This document shows positions 52,401 through 64,000 of a stretch of 64,000 nt of DNA, piece by piece. The translations under genes and the position numbers were made by a program. Numbering within the stretch: the stretch's first letter is position 1; every line of letters starts with the position of its first letter. Source of the DNA: Zygnema circumcarinatum SAG 698-1b (Eukaryota > Plantae > Zygnematophyceae); NCBI GenBank assembly GCA_037447605.1, contig CM074820.1, positions 1,860,001-1,924,000 on the forward strand, given 5' to 3'. The notes under the pieces are model-generated. The model searched no databases and had not been told where the DNA came from. It was given only the letters and a program-made list of their open reading frames with translations.

Positions 52401-52726
52401 TCTCCCTTCTGTCTTTCCTCTCTCTTTCCCTCTACTCCCGCCTCTCCCTCTACTCCCGCCTCTCCCTCCCCTCCCTCCCTTAACTCTCCTAGCTCCCTCC
52501 GCTCTCCCTTTAACCCCTCCTCCCTATCCAACCTCTCCGCTCTACCTCCCAGCATTCCTCTCCCACCCTCACCTCCACCTATTCCCTCCCTCCCTCCAGC
52601 TGCAACGCCTTCCGTCACCTTCCTTCCTGCTGAAAGCCTCCTCTTTTTCAATGGCCTTCCTGGGGATACTTGTCGTTCATCCCCAGGCTGACATGTAGCA
52701 TCCTCTTCCTGGCGTATCCTCTTCAT
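49486..52726 (-). CDS. ESF2: Pre-rRNA processing factor ESF2/ABT1
   Basis: Exons 51637-52726, 51347-51410, 51026-51093, 50740-50829, 50391-50521, 49748-49903, 49486-49524. Motifs GVCYLSRVPPHMKP, RIYLAPE, FTEGWVEF, DLWNIKYLRKFKWDHLTEE. Confidence 0.93.
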
Positions 52727-53169
52727 GCCTCCCTCTCAGCCTCCCACCTTACCTTCCTCTCCCTCCCACTCCCACTCTCTCCCTCTCCCCAACCTCCCAC
52801 TCTCCCTCGGCCCCTCCAATCCCTCTCCCCCCCTTCCCTCTCTCCCTCTCTCCCTCTCCCCCTTTCTAGAAGCTTCCCAAAAAGTGAAGTACCCTACGCC
52901 CTTAACCCTAATTTCTTTCCTCAATTCCCTCCAATGACGGTTCGCCACGTGCACAAAATTCTACAATTTTGCAATAAAAACCAGAAACCAGAAACCGGGT
53001 TTGGGATGGTCAAAACGGTCGAGTTTTTATGCGTCAGCAAACGTCAGAAAGTTTCCAACATTCCTGGCGACAGTCTCTGGTCTGACGTCATACTATTTTC
53101 CAAATTCTGAAAACTAACCGTTATAGAACCTCTCCGCCTTTTTTTGAGACTCCCTTTAGGACTGCCGCG

Positions 53170-53580
53170 CCGCCTCACTCTAACCCTAACCCTAACCCTA
53201 ATCCTAACCCTATCCCTAATGTTTTTGCTGTAATCCTTCGCTACGTGCAACTTTAACTACAATTGGAAACGCTAAACTCTAACCCTAACGTTAATTTTAA
53301 CCCTAATTCTCAGCCTCACCCTAATTTCATTCGCCTTCTCTCTCTCTCTCTCTCTCTCTCGCTCTTTCTTTCTTTCTTTCACGCTCTCTCTATCTCTGCC
53401 TCCTTTTCCTTTCCTTCAATCTCCTATCATAAACTCAAACTCTATCTTGACCCTATGCTAACCCTAACCCTAACCCTAGGCCTGCCTTAACCTCTGCCCT
53501 TAACCCTAACTTCCATTCTCCTAAAAGCCATAACCCGAACCCTAATTGTAAATCTAACCCTTAACCTTAACCCTAATTCT
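53170..53580. promoter_or_regulatory. Telo-box/telomere-like (AACCCT)n tracts in the ESF2-MTR4 divergent promoter
   Basis: Multiple TAACCCTAA units between head-to-head start codons 52726 and 53590. Confidence 0.5.
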
Positions 53581-53589
53581 GATGCCAGC

Positions 53590-54823
53590 ATGAAAAGAGT
53601 TTATGAAGGCACCCTCGACAGTTCCACTGCACAGAACGGCCCTCATGGAACCTCCGTTAAAGTTCCTCGAGCCGGTGAAAATGGCAGCTATGTAGACCAC
53701 GCTGTGTTGGTGAAGGAGGAGGAGGCGGAAGGCCATGGAATTCGATGCCTTCATGAAGTGTCCCTTCCAGAAAGTTACAACCCTGATAAAGTCACAAAAA
53801 GACCTCCCCCGGAAAAGCCTGCGAAGGAGTACCCCTTCACTCTTGATCCATTTCAAAGGGAGGCTGTCAAGTGCTTGGAAGCAGGAGAGTCTGTGCTGGT
53901 AAGAAATAATTTATGGGTTTAAAGGAAAACTCAAACCTCTAGACTAGGTTAAATTATAAACAATAGACAAGGTTTAAGAGGGCTTAATGTTCTAAGTCTT
54001 GAAGGCATAGAGGTTGTGTCATCTAAATGCTAAACCAACTGTTAACAATGGAGTTTGACTAATTTAAAGGCTATGTATGACTCTTATTGATCGAAAACAA
54101 CCAAACAATCGATATTGTGACAATACAAATAAGTGTTTTTTGGGAACCAGTCTTTTTCATGATCATATGTAACATTTTCTGTTCACTGTTCTTCTTTTTG
54201 TGTCAGGTTTCTGCCCACACCTCGGCTGGAAAAACAGTTGTTGCTGAATATGCGATCGCAATGGCTCTTCGAGACAAGCAGCGTGTGGTCTATACCTCTC
54301 CAATCAAAGCACTCTCAAACCAAAAATTTCGAGAGCTGACCGAAGAATTCAGTGACGTCGGACTCATGACTGGTGATGTCACCATCGCACCGCGCGCATC
54401 ATGTTTAGTAAGCACCCTTTCTCAGAAATTCTTTCTCCTCCCTCCCTCCCTCCCTCCCTCCCTCCCTCCCTCCCTCNNNNNNNNNNCCTCCCTCCCTCCC
54501 TCCCTCCCTCCCTCGCCCCCACTAAAAAAACCCAAAACAAAAGGGCTTCTTTGTTCCTACTTTGAGATGTTCAATTTTCGAAATTTTAGGTGATGACGAC
54601 GGAAATTCTTCGAAGTATTTTCTATCGTGGGTCGGAAGTGATGCGCGAGGTGGGGTGGATAATTTTCGATGAAGTTCACTATATGAGAGACAAGGAGAGA
54701 GGAGTGGTGTGGGAGGAGAGCATAGTCATGGCTCCCAATAGTGCTCGATTCGTCTTTTTGTCGGCAACAGTGCCCAATGCGAGAGAGTTCGCTGACTGGG
54801 TGGCAAAGGTGAAGCAACTTCCA

Positions 54824-54857
<34 letters not shown>

Positions 54858-55986
54858 ATCTTACTCTCGTCCCACTCTTTGTCCCTCTCCTTCCATTCTT
54901 CCTCCTCCCCTCTCCCCCTCCTGTCTCCCTCGCCTTTTCCTCCTTCCCTTTCGCATGTCATCTTCCCTCTCGAATCTCTCCTCTCCTCCCTTCTCTACCT
55001 CTGCCACCTCTCCCATGTCTCCTTATCTCTCTCCCCTCTCCTCCCTCTCCCTCGGCCCTCATTCCCGTCCTTCTCCATGTCTGCCTCTCCCTCTCCTATG
55101 TCCCTCCTATCTCCCTTGTCATTTTTCCCCCCCTTATCTCTGCCTTCCCCTCCCTCCCTCGTCCCCTCCCACCTCCCTTTCTCCCTCTCCCCTCTCCTTC
55201 TCCGTTCCCTCTCTTCCTCTCCCTCTCCCAGCTTTCCCTCTCTCCCTCTCATTTCCCTCGCCTCAACCTCCCACACTTCCACCCTCTAATCTTCTAAGCT
55301 TTCTCAAACCTCTCTATCTTGATACCCTTCTTTCTCTCCCCTTCCTTTTCCCCTTTGTTTTCACTTCTTTTTTCGTCTCTTTTTAATACTTTCTTATCTC
55401 CATTTTTTAGGTCCACCAACATCCCTGCCATATCGTATATACGGATTTTCGCCCTACCCCTCTCCAACATTATATATTTCCAGAGGGAGGAAAGGGCCTA
55501 CATTTGATAGTGGATGAAAAGGGAGGGTTTAGGGAAGAAAATTTTCAGAGGGCAATCACGGAATTGGGGGCAGCCGATACGGCTGACCGGAAAAAAACGA
55601 AGGGAGACAGATGGGGCCAAAATAAGGGTACGGACGGACCCAGCGATATTTTAAAAATCGTAAAATTAATTATGACTAAACAGTACGATCCGGTCATCGT
55701 CTTCAGTTTGAGTAAAATGGAATGCGAAAATTTGGGAAATCAGGTGCGTATATGGAATACCCTTTTTTTTTTCTTTAAACTTTTGGTTTTGTGTCGAGTT
55801 TTGTCGCCGTCCAGGTTCTTATTTTTCAGTTTTCATTTTTTATGTTTTTACCTTGTTTGTTTTTTGTGGGTTTGCGGGCAGATGGCAAAATTGGACCTTA
55901 ACGACGAGGATGAAAAAAAACTCGTAGAAGGTGTTTTCAATAACGCGATAGATAATTTGTCCCCGGAGGATAAAAAGCTTCCTCAG
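53590..55986 (+). CDS. MTR4: Nuclear exosome DExH helicase MTR4 (5' portion only; the rest is missing at the gap 57072-57171)
   Basis: Exons 53590-53898, 54207-54407, 54590-54808, 55411-55743, 55882-55986. Motifs [58 protein letters not shown] (MTR4- rather than HEN2-type). Confidence 0.92.
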
Positions 55987-55989
55987 GTA

Positions 55990-56945
55990 GGAGAGGGAGG
56001 GGGAGGGGAGGGGGAGGGGAGGGGGAGGTGAGGGGGAGGGGAGGGGAGGGGGAGGGGAGGGGAGGGGAGGGGGAGGGGAGGGAGGGGAGGGGAGGGGGAG
56101 GGGTGAGGGAGGGAGGGGAGGGGGAGGGAGGGAGGGAGGGGAGGGGGAGGGGGAGGGGAGGGGGAGGGGGAGGGGGAGGGGAGGGAGGGAGGGGAGGGGA
56201 GGGGAGGGGAGGGGAGGGAGGGGAGGGAGGGGAGGGGAGGGGAGGGGGGGAGGAGGAGGGAGGGGAGGGGGAGGGGGAGGGGAGGGGGAGGGGAGGGGAG
56301 GGGGAGGGGAGGGGAGGGGAGGAGGGGAGGAGAGGTGTGAGGGGAGGGGAGGGGAGGGGAGGGGGAGGGGGAGGGGAGGGGAGGGGGAGGGGAGGGAGGG
56401 GAGGGAGGAGGGGAGGGGAGGGGAGGGAGGGGAGGGGAGGGGGAGGGTGGAGGGAGGGGAGGGGGAGGGGAGGGGAGGGGGAGGGGAGGGGGGAGGGGGA
56501 GGGGAGGGAGGGAGGGGAGGGGAGGGGGAGGGGAGGGGGAGGGGAGTGTGGAGGGAGGGGGAGGGAAGGGAGGGGAGGGGAGGGGGAGGGGAGGGGAGGG
56601 GGGAGAGGAGGGGGAGGGGAGGGGAGGAGGCAGGAGGGGAGGGGAGGGGAGGGGAGGGGAGGGAGGGAGGGGAGGGGGAGGGAGGTGGAGGGGAGGGGAG
56701 GGGAGGGGGGAGGGGGAGGGGAGGGGAGGGGGGAGGGGGAGGGGGAGGGGAGGGAGGAGGAGGAGGGAGGGAGGGGAGGGGAGGGGGAGGGGGAGGGGTG
56801 GGGAGGTGGTGTGAGGGGAGGAGGGGAGGGGAGGGGGAGGGGGAGGGGAGGGGAGGGGAGGGGAGGGGGGAGGGGGAGGGGAGGGGGAGGGAAGGGAGGG
56901 GAGGGGAGGGGGAGGGGTGGGGAGGAGGGGAGGGGGAGGGGGGAG
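55990..56945. repeat. G-rich (GGGGA/GGGA)n low-complexity tract, intronic, next to a gap
   Basis: Starts right after the donor GTAGG at 55987. Confidence 0.9.
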
Positions 56946-57294
56946 GACCACAGAGAGAGAGAGAGAGGTAGAGAGAGGGAAATGCGGAAAGGGGGAAAGA
57001 CAGAGGACCCGAAGATAGAAAGGGGCACAGAGAGAGAGGGCGAGAGAGAGAGGGAGAGAGATATACGGAGGNNNNNNNNNNNNNNNNNNNNNNNNNNNNN
57101 NNNNNNNNNNNNNNNNNNNNNNNNNNNNNNNNNNNNNNNNNNNNNNNNNNNNNNNNNNNNNNNNNNNNNNNAACCCTAAAACCCAACCGTAAACCCTGAA
57201 CCCTAAAACCTGAACCCTAAACTCTAAAACCCTTGACCGTATAACCCAAACCGTAAATCCTAAACCTAAAACCTGCTCTAAACCCTTAAAACCC

Positions 57295-60118
57295 ATGGCC
57301 TCGTCTCCAGAGGAAACCCTAAATCCTGCCCTAAAACCCTTAAAACCCATGGCCTCGCCTCCAGAGGAAACCCTAAAAACCCTAAATTCAGTGACCGACG
57401 AAGACCTGGCATCTCTCCCTTCTGAGGAAACTCCCAAAACACTAAAAGACCTAAAACCCCTTCAAGCTCTCATAAAGAGTTCGAGCCAGCCATTCTATGC
57501 GGCCGATTTAGTTTCAGTTCAAACGGCGCGTGAGAAAATTGCACCCTTCGTGACCGTGACACCTGTCATAACTTCGAGTTCGATCAACTTGGAAGCGGGA
57601 CGGAACGTGTATTTCAAGTGCGAGATTTTTCAAAAAGGGTGAGGGCAAAAATCGACAATTTTTAGAAAAAAATCATTTGAAAGAATCAAATCGGGTTTCA
57701 ACCCGATGGGGTGGGTTTTTGGAGTGGCGGTTTTTTTGTAATTGGGTTTTCTTTTTGAGCGATTTATTGCTTTTTGGGGCTGATTTTTACAGTGGAGCGT
57801 TCAAATTCCGTGGGGCTTGCAATGCCGTACAGTCCCTCTCGGAAGAAGAAGCGAAAAAAGGCGTCGTGACGCATAGCAGGTTCGAATTCCTCCATTTAAA
57901 AAAAAAAATGGGTCTATTTACACACCTTTTTGGGCTAGGTACGCATCTTTTTTGGCTAGATGCACACCTTTTTTCGCCGGTCAGATTTTATTTTAGGGCT
58001 CTTAAGGTTTTGAGTTTTTTTCTTAAGGTGGTTATCTAGCCAAAAAGGGTGTGTAAATATGTAATTTCAAACATAAAATGGTACACGCATTCAATGGAAT
58101 AATCTTGTCGATTTTCAAATCGAATGGTTACATGTATTCGGCCGACTGACCGATTAAACTTCGCAGTTTTCATATTCTTAACTTATTTATAATTATCACT
58201 TACTGTTCATGGTTGCCATAACTAACTCAACCTCCCCCTTCTCCTTCTTTAATTCAATAAAACGAATTATTTTCCCCTTCTCTCTCTCCGCTCTTCTCTC
58301 CCTCTCTCTCTCCCTCTCTCCCTCTCTCACTCCCTCTCTCTCCCCCTCTCTCTCCATCTCTTTCTCTCTCCCCCTCTCTCTCTCCCTCTCTCTCTCCCTC
58401 TCCTTTCTCTCCCACTCACGCTCTCCCACCCTTTCTTCCTCTCTTTCCATCACTCTCCCTCTCTCGCTCTCCCTATCTCTCTCTCTCTATCCCTCTCCGT
58501 CTCTCTTCCTCTCTCTCTCTCCCTCTCTCTCTCCCCCTCTTTCTCTCTCCCTCTCTCTCTCTTTCTCGCCCCCTCTCCTTTCTCTCCCACCCCCCCTCTC
58601 CCTCTCTNNNNNNNNNNGGAGGGAGGGGAGGGAGAGGGAGAGGAGAGAGTGAGAGGGAGGAAGAGACAGAGAGAGAGGGAGAGAGGGAGAGAGGGACAGG
58701 AGAGAGAGGGAAGTGAGGGGAAAGAGAGGTAGGGAGGGGGGAGTGAGGGAGAAAGGGAGAAAGAGAGGGAGGGACCAAAGAAAGAGAGACAGGCCGAGCG
58801 GGAGAGAGGGACAGACGCAGCGAGGGAGGGAGGGACGGGGAGAGAGGGAGAAAGAGGGAGAGAGAGAGAGAAAGAGAGAGACAGACACAGGAGGGAGGGA
58901 GGGGGAGAGAGGGAGAGAGAGAGAGAGAGAAAAAGAGAGAGAGAGAGCTTCTAGTGATGAGGAGTCCCTGCATGTTGGCAGTGGGCAGGGGACCATTGCG
59001 TTGGAGTTTCTAGAACAAGTACCTCTCCTTGACGCCATTGTGGTGCCGATAAGCGGTGAGAAATTCGATCTAACTTTCACTTTAAAAACTTTGATTTCGA
59101 AAATGAAAAATTTCTCATTTTTCCATTCATTACTTGCAGTATTTCAAGTAATTGTTTACCATTTTAGTTTATCATCATCGTTCATTTTAAATGCCCCCAT
59201 TTATTCATAACATGACCCTTTTTTTTTCTTTTTGTCGTTTGGGTTGTAGGCGGAGGTATGATTTCCGGAATAGCAGTTGCCGCAAAGGCCATAAAAAAAA
59301 ATATAAAAATTTTCGCCGCCGAACCGAAGGGTGCAAATGACGCTGCAGAGTCGAAACGGAACGGAATGCTGACGTCATGTGCCAACCCTAAAACGATCGC
59401 AGACGGTCTGAGGGTCTCGAGCTTGGGCTCCCTCACGTGGTGCGTATACCCCATTTGTACCCCAAAAGTTTGGCCTTTTTGCAATTAATTATTTGTCGTG
59501 CATTACGTATCTTCCTAAAAACCCTAAAACCCCAGAAACCCTAAAACCCCAGAAACCCTAAAACCCTAACTTCCTAGAACCATAAAACCCTAACATTCTA
59601 GAAACCCTTAAACCCTAACTTACTAGAATCCTAAAACCCTATCATTCTAGAACCCTAAAACCCTATCATCCTAGAAACCCTAAATCCCTAAACTCGCGTT
59701 TTGGCAATGGTTTTAAGATTTTAGGGTTTTTGGAGCGTCTAAACTGAGCTTGATTCCGTTTCCTTGTTGCAGTTACGCGTAATTGTATTTATTGGTGCCT
59801 TTTTAGGACTTTCTTTATATGTATTTATTTACGTTTTGGTCATGTTTGTGTTGGGGTACAAATAGGCCTATTGTTCGAGACTTCGTGGATGACGTCATCA
59901 CTGTTGAAGAGCATGAAATTGTGGCGGCCATGAAGATGTGTTTTGAGCGCTTGAAGGTTGTGGTGGAGCCAAGTGGCGCCGTGGGATTGGCCGCGGTCTT
60001 GACGGCGCAATTCGCGGAGCGGGCCTCAACGGCTATGTGTGAACACGTGGGGGTCATTTTGTGCGGTGGGAACATGGACTTGGACGTGTTGTGGGCGGCT
60101 CTAGAGGCGCAATGTTAG
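57295..60118 (+). CDS. SR: PLP-dependent serine racemase; middle exons not visible (gap 58608-58617)
   Basis: Exons 57295-57638, 57793-57879, [gap], 58982-59055, 59250-59439, 59866-60118. Motifs FKCEIFQKGGAFKFRGA, GVVTHSS, SGQGTIALE, VPISGGGMISG, TIADGL, VVEPSGAVGLAA, ILCGGNMDL. Confidence 0.9.
59510..59692. repeat. Degenerate telomere-like (AAACCCT)n intronic tract
   Basis: Repeated AAACCCTAA/AAAACCCTA. Similar tracts at ~13680-13730, 15716-15752, 49600-49740, 57172-57290 and 61320-61480. Confidence 0.75.
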
Positions 60119-60894
60119 AAGGGGGGTTGGATAGCTGTAGGGTTTATGGGGTACTAGGGGTTGTGGGTTGTTGGGGAGGACATGGATGCATGGTTTTGAT
60201 GAAGTTGTCTTACTTTTTTAAGAAACAGGAGTTGATCGAATTAGTGGAGCAGATTTGGGAAATTTTGAAAGCAAAGAGGTTGTGGATTAGTATGGTAAAT
60301 GAATTGTTATGAAACCGCCATGTTCTTGTTGTTAATATGCTGTGATTGGCAGAGTGAATTGTTTTTATGCCATGAATTGTTGTTGAACGCATGTTTTGCG
60401 CGTGAGCTGCGACACTCTAGAAGGGAGGTTCAAGAAGGGAGGGAGGTTTTCGCCTCGTGGTCACGTCACGGCACGGTACTGTACGGTATGGTACGGTAAT
60501 CTGTACAGTTTTGTACGGTATTTTTGTCAGTATCCGATACAGTATCAGAAGCAAGTACAGTACTAGTTCTCATATTCTTCCTTTAGGTTACAATATATGC
60601 GTCTCTCACCACGCTTACTGTAACTTTAACTGTAACGATGAGTTCGTACATAGAGTTGCAAGAACTAGTCGTTGAACATTGCACAAGATAACGTCACTAA
60701 AACCAATTTTAACGTCATCAATCGGTTCGTTTTCCTTTACCGTACGATAGGATACGGTTTCGTACAACTCATTTGGGTCCGTGAACGGATGGATTCCGGC
60801 ACCTCGTGGTTTCGCAAAATTAGGGTTTCGGGGTTCCAAGAGACGCAGAGATTGAGAGTTCGACTTTAGGGTTGGGAGAAGGAGAGGAGCAGCC

Positions 60895-63603
60895 ATGGGG
60901 CGGCGGGAAGAGGAGAGGGAGAGAGAGAAGAGGAAGGAGAAGGAGAGGAGGAAGGAGAGAGAGGAGAGGGAGAGGGAGAGGAGGCGCAAGAGGAAGCGCA
61001 AGCAGAATGAGTCGGAGAGCTCGGAGGAGTCGGGGAGCGGAGAGGAGGAGGGGTCTGAGGACAGCGAGAGAGAGGGAGGGAGAGAGAAGGTGTCGGATGA
61101 GAAGCTCAAGGAGTACATGGCCAAGAAAGCGCAGAAAAAGGTATGAGCGGGAGGCATACGCGCATGCATGGGGGGCATACAGAGAGGCATGTGGGAGCTG
61201 TATGTGGAGACGTATAATTTAACTCGAACTTCAACCTCAACCTAACTCAGAATTACTGCTCTGAATCTTGCAGTTATTGCAACCCTATCCCAAGCCTATT
61301 CCTGACCCTTACACTAGAGGGTTAACCTAATCCTAAACCTAGTCTTAACCTTCATCATAATCCTAACCCTAACTCTAACCCTAATCCTGACTCCTAACTC
61401 TGACTAACACTTACTCGAAGCGTATCCCTCCCTATATTTACTCCTACCGCCAGCTTTCACCTAAGCCTAACCCTAATCCTGACAGCCAATTTTAACCTAA
61501 ACAGGGTAGCATGGCGTCGAAATTTGTCACAGTGGTAGAGCTAGGGTTCCCTTTGACCTCGAAACTACATTTCGGAATGCTGCTACATTTCACAAGGCTC
61601 TGAACACCAAATTTTGAAATCGTCAAATTTTTAAGTCTTAAATTTTTTTATTTGAAGAACCTGAGGTATTTGACAGCAGTTTTCTGTCCGTTTCTGGCTC
61701 TGCAGGCTGTGAAAGTTGCAAAGGCTTTGAAAACCAATACTGTTTCTGGGTACTCAAACGACAGCAATCCGTTTGGTGACACAAATCTGACTGAGAAGTA
61801 AGTTTCTATGTTCCCATTTGTTTGAAAATGAAAAGATCAATAGTCAGCGAAATGCGTGTGTAGAATTGTCATTTAGTCTTTTGAATTTTTTTTTTTCATT
61901 TTCTCGCACACTTCTTGATGCAGGTTCGTATGGAGAAAGAAAATAGAGAAAGACGTAATGACCGGAGTGCTCGACCCGCGGGATTTAACTTTGAAGACGG
62001 AGAAGGAGAGGCTGAAGCAGCGCATGGTCAGTTCTCTTTAGGAGTGGGAGAGAAAACTTGACTCTCTCTCTCCCTCCCTTTCTCTTTTTCGCTCTCCCTC
62101 TCTTTCTCTGCTCTCTTTTGGCCCTCCTGTTGCTCTCCTCTTTTCTCTTCTCTGTCTCCCTCTCCTCTTGCTCCTCCACTTTCTCTTCCCTATGTTCTCT
62201 CCTCCCCTCTTCATCGTCCCCCTCCCACCCTTCTCCCTCCCACCCTTCTCCCTCCCACCCTTCTCCCTCTCGAACCCTTGTACTCCCCCACTCCTCCTTC
62301 CCTTCCTTTTCCCAATCATCCGGAAGGATATTCGTTCACCATTCTCGTGATGTATTCCTTCTTAAAAAAAAAGGGGAAGTGGCTCCAATGGTTCTGGCCT
62401 TTGGTCAGAATGAATACCGAGCTTCCTAGACTGATGCACATTGTTGAGAGTACTGTTTTCAGGTTGAAATTGAGAAAGTGAAAAAGCGGCGAACAGAACG
62501 AGAGCTTGAAAAGGCCCAACACGAGGAAGAGATGGTCAGATTATTTTCTCCTTTTTGCCTCTTCTTAGATCAGCATCCCTTTTTTTTTTTACATCACATG
62601 AACTACGCCATGCATGCACGCAACATCCTTCAACCCTTCATGTCAAAATCGTTGTTTTTTTGAATCGTTTTTAAGTATATTGGGTTTGGGGCTTGCTTTT
62701 GAGCATACGGGTTTAGGGTTTTCCTGATTTCATTCATTTTTTTTAGTGTTTTCTTTGTATGGTAACAGGCTATGCTTGCTCGCGAGAGAGCGAGGGCTGA
62801 ATTCCAAGATTGGGAGAAGAAGGAAGAGGAGGTAAACTGTAGCTTCTATGTTATCCTCTGTTTCCGTTCCGTTCCTCAGTTCAGTTCAAATGGGTTCAGT
62901 TCATCTAAAGTCATTCCAATTCAATTCAGATCAGTTCAGTTATACTCACTAGTTTTCAGTTCAATTCAGTCGCAGTTTGGTAGTCCTTTTTCTATGTGCA
63001 CAGTTGAACTGAAGTTGAACTGAAAACGGTGCCCTTCGCATGTATTCAGTTCCACTTTGAGCAAAGCAAAGTGAGGTCGGAAATTCGACTAAGGGAGGGC
63101 CGAGCGAAACCGATCGATGTGTTGGCGAAAAATCTGAACTTGTCGGATGACTTCGACGTTGAAATCAACGAGCCGTACAAGATCTTTAAGGTGTGTGTTT
63201 TACTTCTTCGGAACATCAAAAGTTAAGTATAGTTTAGTTTAGTTTAGTTTTTTTTTTTTTTTTTTTTTTGTTTCAAAGGTTTGGAAAACCCGCAAATTTT
63301 CAAAACTGCAAAAGTACGCAGGACGTCAAATTTTGAGGGACCTTTGTCATGCATAATAATACTATGCATAGTTTGGATTTTGGGCAAAAATGAAATTGGG
63401 TATCTTTTTTGCTTGTATTTGCAGGGTATATTATTATGCTAATAAATATAAATATTTTTTATCAGGGTGTATGTTTTAGTTTTTTTTTTTTTTGCTTGTA
63501 TTTGCAGGGTTTGACTGTGAAGGAAATGGAGGAGCTTCGGGAGGACATCAAAATGCATTTAGAGCTCGACCGCTCCACGCCGATGCATATCATGTTCTGG
63601 GAG
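60895..63603 (+). CDS. CACTIN: Spliceosomal protein cactin (3' end beyond the window)
   Basis: Exons 60895-61140, 61706-61797, 61924-62026, 62463-62534, 62769-62831, 63050-63190, 63508-63603. Motifs GYSNDSNPFGD.NLTEKFVWRKK, WEKKEEEFHFEQSKVRSEIRLREGRAKPIDVL. Confidence 0.95.
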
Positions 63604-64000
63604 GTGACTGAATGTGGACCCGTTTCTATGCATCATTCATTCTGTCTATTCATCTATTATTATTCGTAGAAGCAAATGAAATATGAATGCAAGCATTGAC
63701 ATGAGAAACCAGCACCATTCTTCCATGCCATATTTCCTGTTTTCGTCCTTCCTTAAATCTTCCCGACGATGTTCATGTTTGTGAGGGTGACGTGACGTGA
63801 CGTGACGTGATGTGTGTGAGGTGACAGGCCATGATGGTTGTTTGCCACCATGAAATAGCGGAAGCGACAAAACGAGATATTTTCGACAGGGCGAGAGTGA
63901 GAGGTAAGCATTCTCCCTCCTTTGTCCTTATCCATTCTCTTGCAAATTCTCAGTAACCCCAAAACCTAAAACACAAAAAACCCAACAACCAAATCCCCTC

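Noticed and set aside
55987-57171. MTR4 as a truncated pseudogene; poly-Pro/Gly extensin-like ORFs
   Set aside because: The truncation coincides with a 100-N gap of unknown size, and the ORFs are translations of an intronic G-rich simple repeat.
57172-57290. True telomere or chromosome fusion site
   Set aside because: Degenerate, short and similar to many interstitial AAACCCT tracts in this window.
57880-58981. Serine racemase naturally lacking its middle (SGNH..HPY) region
   Set aside because: A gap with a CT-to-GA polarity switch lies in this intron; the missing exons are probably unassembled.

Overview
Eukaryotic, intron-rich, gene-dense nuclear DNA of a green plant-lineage organism. Plant-type RFNR, ATG1, FKBP15, MTR4, serine racemase and cactin genes plus TTTAGGG-like repeats point to a streptophyte alga or other early-diverging lineage (inference). 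The draft assembly has N gaps at 3034-3043, 9835-9844, 10215-10314, 18284-18293, 48407-48416, 54477-54486, 57072-57171 and 58608-58617. Gene order: partial S/P-rich orphan gene (+), root-type FNR (-), small secreted Cys-rich LysM gene (-), ATG1 (-), FKBP15 (+), two tandem paralogous secreted LRR-EGF-legume-lectin genes (-), a DRP4/Mx-like dynamin pseudogene fragment (+), a RING/IBR + MYCBP2-type RING-Cys-relay E3 ligase (-), a MULE deletion derivative, ESF2/ABT1 (-), MTR4 (+, cut by a gap), serine racemase (+) and cactin (+, runs off the window). The most striking system is the LRR-EGF-lectin pair. Its LRR solenoids are built from 9 and 10 exactly 72-nt, phase-2/phase-2 exons, each in a homologous intron-exon module. 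Predicted surface residues vary, relic half-exons and re-used intron subtypes are present, and the lectin domain is nearly constant. This suggests a modular, shufflable recognition-protein system. Second is the RING-Cys-relay E3, which keeps both catalytic cysteine motifs. All exon coordinates were read by eye from GT/AG sites and reading frame; none is confirmed by transcripts.
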